The position numbers and the translations under genes were made by a program. From Bacteroidota bacterium (GTDB lineage: Bacteria; Bacteroidota; Bacteroidia; J057): DNA of 64,000 bases. This document shows, piece by piece, positions 58,301 to 64,000 of the stretch. A model generated the notes under the pieces. That model was not told the origin of the DNA and searched no databases. It worked only from the letters and a program-made list of their open reading frames with translations. Positions within the stretch are counted from its first letter, which is position 1. Each line of letters begins with the position of its first letter. The DNA lies in contig JAGQVA010000001.1 in the NCBI GenBank assembly GCA_020438265.1, positions 1,741 through 65,740 on the forward strand, read 5' to 3'.

Positions 58301-60400
58301 GGCGATGGAGGCAAAGGAGGTGATGGCGGTGACGGGGGAAAAGGAGCTGATGGGGAAGCGATTGCTTTGTACCAGAATGGCGGACAAGCTCCTTTGCAAA
58401 GCATGATTAATTTTAACCTGAATAGCCAGGACATCATTTTTATGGATAATGGAGGTTGTGTGAACGCTCCTCTTAACTTTGAAGGCCCAAACACTATATG
58501 GGATTTGGGATTGGATGCAAGCCCGCAAAATCCTTCTGGTACAATTGTCAGTACTCAGTACAGCTCTGGTGGGCGTAAGGATATTATCCATGGACTATTT
58601 ACCTATACCGGGTTTGCTAATATTAACCCTGAAAATAGTGTACAGGCTCAGATAACCACCTCTGCTCCGATGACAGGAAACTATTATGTAATCTGTCAGG
58701 GAGAGGCCGTCAATTTTGCTGCTGCGAACCCCGGGATTAATTATATTTTTCACTGGAATATGGATGGAGGGAGTTCACCGAATGTATATGACGGAGAAAA
58801 TCTGGAAGTGCTTAATGGAATCACTTTTAACACCGCAGATACGTTCTATATTCAGTTGAGTTATGAAACAGACTGTTGTGGCCAATCAATTCCTGACTCA
58901 ATTCCTTTGATTGTTTTACCCGGCCCCAATTTGCTGGTAACAGGAAATCCTGTGTATTGCCAGGGTGGGGCCTCCTCATTATTGAGCGTCAGCGGAGGAT
59001 ATAATTATCTCTGGAGCCCCGCAAATGGATTGAGTAGTACGACTGATTCCACAGTTCTCGCTAATCCTGGAATAAGTACAACTTATCTTGTCAGCGCATC
59101 AAATCCTTCAGGCGGCTGCCCTGCTACGGCTTCCATTCATATGGATGTCATTGATGTGCAGGTCCAAAATACAATCATTGACGCCAGTTGTGGAAATGAT
59201 GGTGCTTCGACAATTACTGCTTCAGGAGGCCAGGGAAGTTATACCTATTCTTGGAATTTTGGCGGAAATTCAAATAGTTACGCCAATCTTTCTCCCGGAA
59301 ATTATCAGGTTTGGGTAACTGATTCGGGGAGTGGATGTAAGGATTCCCTTGCCTTTAGTATTCAGGCGCAAAATAATAGTCTGTCTGCATATCTGAGCCA
59401 AAACACTTCTCCGAGTTGTTATAATTCCAATGATGGTAGTGCCCAGATTAGTGTCAGTGGAAATCAGGGGCCATACCTGGATATTTGGACAGATAGTATA
59501 GGTAATATGGTAAATAATGCAAGTCTTGGAGCAGGCATGTATTCTGTACAGATTATTGATCCCGTAGCAGGGTGTACAACAAATACAAGTTTTTTCCTTC
59601 CGCAACCAGAACCGATGGCATTGACACTGGATTCCCTGGATTATGATTGTGGTTTGGTTGGGGGAGGAATAGCGATTGTACACGCAAGTGGAGGAACGGG
59701 CCCTTTTACCTATACCTGGAATACCTCTCCCGCCCAATATGGAGATACTGCCAACTCACTTACGCCTGGATCATATCTGGTTACAGCTGTTGATCAGAAA
59801 GGTTGTCAGGAAACCATGTCTGTAACAATTCCTTGTGTATTGGATGCGCTCAATCTGGGGTTTCATGGGGAATCGGTTTCAAACCATATCAAATTATGGT
59901 GGCAGTTGGATCTGACAGAGGCAGATTATACAAAAGTGGAAATTGAAAAAATAGATCATATTTTAGGAAAGTTTGTATCTGTTTCCAGTCGTCTGCCAGA
60001 TGATTATGAATCAGAGAATGGACGGTGGTTTTTTATTGATGATCATGTCTTTCCCGGAAACAGGTATGATTACCGGTTGAGATTGACGGATGAAAGTGGG
60101 GCCAGCCAGTATTCAGATATTATTGAAGTGTTTTATTCCAAAGACAAGGCGATTCCAAAGATCCGTTTTGCTTATGACACACAAAATAAAGCTTTGCAGG
60201 TTTGGAATGAAGGAATGATGGGTGATCCGATTGTGCTTGAAATGGTTAATTTAATTGGGCAAACCATTTATAAAACAGCCCTTTCGGAAGCTACATATCA
60301 AAAAATACCTTTAAAACCTGTCAGCAAAGGGATGTATATAATAAGGGTTTCTTTTGGTGGGCGATTGTTTGTGGATTCAAGGATATTAATTGGTGATTAA
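55346..60400 (+). CDS. Giant multidomain cell-surface protein: Cys-rich head, cadherin/Ig-like modules, beta-helix-like region with glycine-rich collagen-like insert, SprB repeats, T9SS type A CTD
   Basis: 1684 aa. Signal peptide. SHIMGGDITYQCL...RDCGG head. DPDGDNLVFS and DPDGGQVS motifs. Three SprB-type repeats (C.NDG...ASGG.G.YTYSWN). C-terminal ...GMYIIRVSFGG.... Confidence 0.85.
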   Translation: MDLQKNYAFIFVILVFFAFHASKSRASHIMGGDITYQCLANNQYLVTLKVFRDCGGVQLGNSQILKYSSATCGVNVTTPLLQQGVSLDITPVCPGQVSSCSGGFGIPGIQEFTYKGTINLPPGCGNDWVLSWSSCCRNNAITTLLSPGSNGTYFQATLDNTVSPCNNSPVFNNNPTPVICINQPIIYNHGVSDPDGDNLVFSIVSCQSTALVPVSYGPGYNALSPLMTTGGISINPATGEMNFTPSQLQIGVICVKVEEFRNGVKVGETVRDMEFKVISCSNQAPVISGINNTSQFQINTCTGSSLCFTMNATDPDGGQVSLNWNQGIAGASFSVNGNGSLNPVGTFCWTPSPGDTGTFFFTVIAQDDNCPWVASNIYAFEIIVGQGSHTLTVQGDSSICYGDTVPLSAVVVGASSFSWSPAGSLSDPNSLTPVAYPAVSTVYTFTASFPDGCVISNFALVSLDAGPSVSISPHNPYICPGNPITLTALSCTANAYLWSNGSTDSFITVNPIVNTTYGIEVVDDKNCIAFDSVTVIAGGLGAGYCNTIYVTPGGTGTGTRNDPTNLSKALWLAACKEAIIKLDTGVYICDTAITGITSNITLEGGFIRLNNWQKTSKAGATRIFRTTNNPEGIFPNQRIVAAYISGEDSFRLQDITFETADANVFGMSVYGLHLTACQNYQFVRTQVIAGNGGDGEDGTDGLDGADGLDGLDGNDGNQDNAALAGAGANGGKGGGNITNGLGGQPTICCNPGVNGADGTTTTNPRHGGGGGGGGSGGQGNFNGGQGGKGGGVNGVFGTTNGGGGGIASGCNTNLDCGDPESGEDGEDGSDGNNGVDGADGGSGSHVSGFWTHGTPGTDGSEGEGGQGGAGGGGGAGEGGAACIDGGGSGGAGGGGGGEGGFGGMTGGPGGSSYAVYLYNNGPNTSFIDCELVVLGAGAGGAGGKGGKGGSDGKGGNASEYVGCSTGGCASNYDNGDGEVGCSGKGGDGGKGGDGGDGGKGADGEAIALYQNGGQAPLQSMINFNLNSQDIIFMDNGGCVNAPLNFEGPNTIWDLGLDASPQNPSGTIVSTQYSSGGRKDIIHGLFTYTGFANINPENSVQAQITTSAPMTGNYYVICQGEAVNFAAANPGINYIFHWNMDGGSSPNVYDGENLEVLNGITFNTADTFYIQLSYETDCCGQSIPDSIPLIVLPGPNLLVTGNPVYCQGGASSLLSVSGGYNYLWSPANGLSSTTDSTVLANPGISTTYLVSASNPSGGCPATASIHMDVIDVQVQNTIIDASCGNDGASTITASGGQGSYTYSWNFGGNSNSYANLSPGNYQVWVTDSGSGCKDSLAFSIQAQNNSLSAYLSQNTSPSCYNSNDGSAQISVSGNQGPYLDIWTDSIGNMVNNASLGAGMYSVQIIDPVAGCTTNTSFFLPQPEPMALTLDSLDYDCGLVGGGIAIVHASGGTGPFTYTWNTSPAQYGDTANSLTPGSYLVTAVDQKGCQETMSVTIPCVLDALNLGFHGESVSNHIKLWWQLDLTEADYTKVEIEKIDHILGKFVSVSSRLPDDYESENGRWFFIDDHVFPGNRYDYRLRLTDESGASQYSDIIEVFYSKDKAIPKIRFAYDTQNKALQVWNEGMMGDPIVLEMVNLIGQTIYKTALSEATYQKIPLKPVSKGMYIIRVSFGGRLFVDSRILIGD

Positions 60401-60407
60401 TTAATAA

Positions 60408-60477
60408 TCCATTGTAGAGACGCGATTAATCGCGTCTTGATGATTGTAGACGCGATTAATCGCGTCTCTACAATGGA
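60408..60477. repeat. Nested palindrome containing two copies of ACGCGATTAATCGCGT
   Basis: TCCATTGTAGAG-ACGCGATTAATCGCGT-cttgatgattgtag-ACGCGATTAATCGCGT-CTCTACAATGGA. It fills the 86-nt gap between convergent genes. Confidence 0.85.
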
Positions 60478-60486
60478 TTGATCAAT

Positions 60487-61917
60487 TTAAAATTCCGCGC
60501 TGCGCGGAGCCCGTGGAAACGGAATCACATCCCGAATATTACCCATTCCGGTTACAAAAAGAATCATTCTCTCGAAACCAAGGCCAAAACCTGCGTGGGG
60601 AGCAGTTCCAAATTTGCGAAGCTCCAGATACCACCAGAGTTCTTCTTCCGGAACATTCATATCCTCCATTCGCTTAAGCAGCACATCCAGGCGATCTTCT
60701 CTTTGAGATCCTCCGACAACTTCACCGATGCCAGGGAAGAGAATATCCATCGCTGCAACGGTTTTACCATCCTCATTGACCTTCATGTAAAAGGCCTTGA
60801 TATCCTTGGGATAATCCACCACGATAACAGGTTTTCTGAATTCTTTTTCCACCAGATATCTTTCATGTTCTGCCTGAAGGGCTTCTCCCCAGGCTACGGG
60901 ATATTCAAATTGTTTCTTTTTATAAGGTTTGGACTGAAGCAGAATATTAACGGCCTCTGTATAGGTAATGCGTTGGAAGTCATTTTCGGTAACGAATTTT
61001 AACGTATCAATCAGCCCCATTTCGCGGCGGTCTTCCTTTTTCATATTCTTTTCCAGATCCGTAATTCGCTGATCCAGAAAGGCCAGATCATCCGCACAGT
61101 TATCCATCGCATACTTGATAATATACTTGAGGAAATCTTCTGCCAGATCCATATCACCGTTGATATCGATAAAAGCGACTTCAGGCTCAATCATCCAGAA
61201 CTCGGAAAGGTGACGGGTTGTGTTGGAGTTTTCGGCACGGAAAGTAGGACCAAAAGTGTAAACCTTACCCAGAGACATGGCTCCGACTTCCGCTTCCAAC
61301 TGACCACTTACGGTCAGGTTGGTTTCTTTTCCAAAGAAATCTTTTTTCCAGTCAACGTTTCCTTCTTCAGTTCTGGGAGTATTGTCAAAAGGCAGAGTCG
61401 TTACCCGGAACATTTCACCAGCCCCTTCTGCATCACTGCCAGTAATGATAGGAGTATGCATATAAAAGAATCCCCTATCGTTGAAATATTTGTGAACCGC
61501 GAAGGCCAGTGCATGTCTGATGCGGAATACAGCTCCGAAAGTACTGGTTCTCATCCGAAGGTGAGCTTTTTCCCTCAGGAACTCCAAACTGTGTTTTTTG
61601 GGTTGAAGGGGATAAACCGAAGGATCAGCGTTTCCATAAATGGTAATGTTTTCTGCTATTAGCTCCACCGTTTGCCCTCTTCCCTGAGATTCAACCAAAG
61701 TTCCTTCTACAGCGATAGCAGAACTGGTGTTGATTTGTTTGATTATAGACTCATCAAACTGATCCTGATCGACAACGACTTGCAGATTATTGATTGTAGA
61801 CCCATCATTTAAAGCGATAAACCGATTGCTTCGGAAGGTTCTTACCCAGCCCTGCGCGATTAATTTTTGTCCTTTGGGCTCCATGCCCAGAATTGTTTGA
61901 ATTGAAAATTTGTCCAT
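60487..61917 (-). CDS. asnS: Asparagine--tRNA ligase
   Basis: 476 aa. [18 protein letters not shown] anticodon-binding N-terminus. Class II motifs ([36 protein letters not shown]). Confidence 0.93.
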   Translation of the reverse strand: MDKFSIQTILGMEPKGQKLIAQGWVRTFRSNRFIALNDGSTINNLQVVVDQDQFDESIIKQINTSSAIAVEGTLVESQGRGQTVELIAENITIYGNADPSVYPLQPKKHSLEFLREKAHLRMRTSTFGAVFRIRHALAFAVHKYFNDRGFFYMHTPIITGSDAEGAGEMFRVTTLPFDNTPRTEEGNVDWKKDFFGKETNLTVSGQLEAEVGAMSLGKVYTFGPTFRAENSNTTRHLSEFWMIEPEVAFIDINGDMDLAEDFLKYIIKYAMDNCADDLAFLDQRITDLEKNMKKEDRREMGLIDTLKFVTENDFQRITYTEAVNILLQSKPYKKKQFEYPVAWGEALQAEHERYLVEKEFRKPVIVVDYPKDIKAFYMKVNEDGKTVAAMDILFPGIGEVVGGSQREDRLDVLLKRMEDMNVPEEELWWYLELRKFGTAPHAGFGLGFERMILFVTGMGNIRDVIPFPRAPRSAEF

Positions 61918-61945
61918 GATGAGTTAAAATCAATAATAAAAAATT

Positions 61946-61967
61946 TAGGACGCAAAATTGCGTCCTA
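61946..61967 (-). terminator. Hairpin TAGGACGC aaaatt GCGTCCTA (terminator of the ftsB-like gene, 29 nt upstream of the asnS start)
   Basis: 8-bp stem. On the minus strand it is followed by AAATTTTTTATT. Confidence 0.55.
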
Positions 61968-62013
61968 TTATTCAATCTGTCAAGTTTTATTATTCGGAAG
62001 TGTCGAAAGAAGG

Positions 62014-62337
62014 TTAATCTTCTTCTACAATCACATAAATATCCTCGCCCGGTTTCTTCATATAGTATTTTTCCCGGGCAAATTTTTCCAGCTCTTCCTG
62101 GTCATTAAACAGACGATCTGCTTCGAAGTCCAGTTTTTCGATAGATTTTTGATAATGGACTTCGTCTTTTTGGAGCTGTTTAATCTGCTCTTTCATTTTG
62201 TACTGTGAAATGAGATTATAACGGTCAAAAAAGACCATCCATACTCCCGCGAAAAGTAGTACCCAAAAATACCTGGAAGTAAAGAATTTCAACAATTTAT
62301 TGCTGATGTGATTGATTATGTTTTTGGAACTTTCCAT
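62014..62337 (-). CDS. Septum formation initiator (FtsB/DivIC-like) family protein
   Basis: 107 aa. One N-terminal TM helix (YFWVLLFAGVWMVFF) followed by a coiled coil. ...REKYYMKKPGEDIYV is typical of this family in Bacteroidota. Confidence 0.7.
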   Translation of the reverse strand: MESSKNIINHISNKLLKFFTSRYFWVLLFAGVWMVFFDRYNLISQYKMKEQIKQLQKDEVHYQKSIEKLDFEADRLFNDQEELEKFAREKYYMKKPGEDIYVIVEED

Positions 62338-62431
62338 AGCTCAAATATAACAGTCAATTCTGATTAAGCCAAACAAATTAGAGCAGATAATTGCCAGTAA
62401 ATCACTAATTTATGCAGATGGCGCATAGTCT

Positions 62432-63538
62432 ATGCACAATTTTCAGACCAATAGAGTAAATTTAATGATTATTCAAAATTTACTTATGAACTTTTCCTAC
62501 TACCAGGGATTACGGTATTTCGTTATTTTTATTGGCCTGTCAGGGCTATTTTTCCTTTCTTTTGCCCAGGATACCGATCAAATAGAAGAAGAGTTACAGG
62601 AGATAGAATCTGAAGAGATCATCATGGATACTCTTCAATATCGCAATGGTGCTTATTATGTAGGTGAAACCTATCATCGTCGGCCCCACGGGAAAGGTGT
62701 TTATCTAAAACCTGATGGTGATACGATTTATGTAGGTTTTTATCGAATGGGACGAAAGTATGGCACAGGCACGTATCGGTTTAAAAATGGAAATGTCTAT
62801 TCAGGCGACTGGGTAGAGGATAGAATGGAAGGAAAGGGATCGATGATGTTTGCCAATGGAGAAACGTATATTGGTGACTGGGTGGCAGATCAGAGGCATG
62901 GAGAGGGGACATATACGTATGGAGACGGGAGTTTTTACGAAGGGACTTTTTTGAATGGAGTGAGAGAAGGCCGGGGTACTTTTACTACCGACCTCAAGTC
63001 ATATATCGGAGATTGGGTAAATGGTGTGAAAAACGGAGAGGGTTACGAGGTCATCATGGGAGCAGACTACATGCAGGAATATCGAGGCGGATTCGTCAAT
63101 AGCCGTTATCATGGTCATGGTTTTTTCAGGCATGAAAAAGATACGATTATTATAGAATATATAGGAAACTGGCGAGATGGCGACAGGATTGGTCGGGGAA
63201 CATATAAAATCAATGGAAGAACCATTGAAGGAACCTGGGAAGAAAATCAGACTACCGGTAAAGGGGTTTCCATAACAGAAGAGGGGACGTATGAAGGAGA
63301 GTTTAAACGTGGTTTTTATCATGGAACGGGGACGTTTACCTATCATAATCAGGAGGTTTATGAAGGGGAATGGTTCCGTGGGAAAAAGCAGGGCATAGGA
63401 AAATTTACCTATAAAGATGGCCATACTTACGAAGGTGAATGGCACATGGGACAGCCTCATGGTGAAGGAGTGCTAACCTATCCGGATGGGAGTTCTGAGT
63501 CGGCGACGTTTCAGAATGGGGAACGGGTGGAGAAATGA
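62432..63538 (+). CDS. MORN-repeat protein
   Basis: 368 aa. At least 10 tandem Y.G.W..G...G.G units (YSGDWVEDRMEGKG, YIGDWVADQRHGEG, YEGEWFRGKKQGIG ...). An internal ATG at 62486 would give a cleaner signal peptide. Confidence 0.85.
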   Translation: MHNFQTNRVNLMIIQNLLMNFSYYQGLRYFVIFIGLSGLFFLSFAQDTDQIEEELQEIESEEIIMDTLQYRNGAYYVGETYHRRPHGKGVYLKPDGDTIYVGFYRMGRKYGTGTYRFKNGNVYSGDWVEDRMEGKGSMMFANGETYIGDWVADQRHGEGTYTYGDGSFYEGTFLNGVREGRGTFTTDLKSYIGDWVNGVKNGEGYEVIMGADYMQEYRGGFVNSRYHGHGFFRHEKDTIIIEYIGNWRDGDRIGRGTYKINGRTIEGTWEENQTTGKGVSITEEGTYEGEFKRGFYHGTGTFTYHNQEVYEGEWFRGKKQGIGKFTYKDGHTYEGEWHMGQPHGEGVLTYPDGSSESATFQNGERVEK

Positions 63539-63593
63539 GACATTGGTATGAAGTAGATGCCTGTACAAAATCAATTTGTATTATAAATTTAAT

Positions 63594-63689
63594 GTCACCC
63601 TGAGCGAAGTCGAAGGGCCTATTGACTTGAGTACGGTTGACAAAAAGGCGCTAAGGGTACTAAGACCCTTCGACTTCGCTCAGGGTGAC
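63594..63689. repeat. Perfect 24-bp inverted repeat GTCACCCTGAGCGAAGTCGAAGGG with a 48-nt spacer
   Basis: Arms at 63594-63617 and 63666-63689 are exact reverse complements. They lie in the convergent gap between the MORN and MFS genes. Confidence 0.9.
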
Positions 63690-63723
63690 AACAAGTGTTG
63701 TATAAATTAATTTGTCTAAGCAC

Positions 63724-64000
63724 CTAAAGGGATTCCACAGTCATTCTTTCCCCCAAAACCCAAACCAAAAATCCCAAAATCGCCATAACCGCACTAAAAA
63801 TAAAAGCCCACTGGCTACTTGCCAGATCCCATAAAAAACCCATAATTAGAGAAGCGGGAAGGAGTGCTATGCCGGTTCCTGTAGTAAAAACCCCGTAAGC
63901 AGTTGCCCGTTGGTCTTCTGCAACCAAATCGGCGATATAGGCCTTTGAAACCCCATGAGAGAGTCGATAATAAATTCCATATCCGGCAAATAAACACCAG
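63724..64000 (-). CDS. MFS transporter, C-terminal fragment (gene continues past the window edge)
   Basis: The frame is open from 64000 down to the stop at 63724. ...GVSKAYIADLVAEDQRATAYGVF... is followed by two hydrophobic helices. The listed ORF start at 63927 is an internal TTG. Confidence 0.7.
   Translation of the reverse strand, partial: WCLFAGYGIYYRLSHGVSKAYIADLVAEDQRATAYGVFTTGTGIALLPASLIMGFLWDLASSQWAFIFSAVMAILGFLVWVLGERMTVESL

Noticed and set aside
57309-58591. Several 60-100-aa ORFs in alternative frames on both strands across the glycine-rich segment (for example 57309-57530, 57347-57643, 57417-57605, 58140-58406, 58258-58494, 58289-58591)
   Set aside because: They are artefacts of GGN/NCC codon periodicity, which suppresses stop codons in other frames. 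Their translations are P/S/H-rich or M/E/V-rich with no start context.
1-64000. tRNA, rRNA, tmRNA, transposase, integrase, phage or defence-system genes that could mark an island
   Set aside because: I found no T-loop/GTTCGAATC-type tRNA signatures, no rRNA-like segments, and no ORFs with DDE, tyrosine-recombinase, or recognisable restriction, toxin or Cas motifs. The AlbA_2 and HD-domain proteins look like common stand-alone Bacteroidota genes rather than parts of a defence operon.

Overview
This window reads as an ordinary chromosomal segment of a Bacteroidota genome. The evidence is several T9SS type A and type B (gliding-motility C-terminal) sorting domains, SprB repeats, a b558-type SdhC, BshB1, and TTG/TAnnTTTG-type promoters. 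I saw no rRNA, tRNA, CRISPR array, transposase or integrase. Housekeeping genes are confidently recognisable: hbd, sdhCAB, queA, ispD, tilS, bshB1, rseP, aroC, asnS, a TRAP dctQM pair, an M23 peptidase and a WbaP-like priming transferase. Between them sit very large secreted or adhesin-like T9SS cargo proteins of 783, 1051, 1136, 640 and 1684 aa. The most unusual locus is 44508-49760. A processive GT2 (cellulose-synthase-like) membrane synthase is fused in one 1295-aa ORF to a GH26-like module and a clan GH-A-like module. A membrane-anchored paralogue of the second hydrolase module follows it, and a coding-poor AT-rich 1.5 kb region precedes it. This looks like a compact, atypical synthase-dependent exopolysaccharide module, but I could not run the searches that would test novelty. 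A second theme is several unrelated families of long palindromic intergenic repeats: heptamer-built arms, CACAGAG words, GCGCCGC-core hairpins and GTCACCCTGAGCGAAGTCGAAGGG stems. All those whose flanks lie inside the window sit immediately 3' of stop codons; the left neighbour of the hairpin at 78-112 is outside the window. Other points worth a look are a collagen-like glycine-rich insert in the 1684-aa protein, a PP2C-TPR-Sel1 protein upstream of dctQM with no dctP, an ispD whose conserved N-terminus lies upstream of any ATG/GTG/TTG, and a structured 550-nt leader before the M23 peptidase gene. All functional calls rest on motif recognition by eye in the supplied translations; no database search was run.
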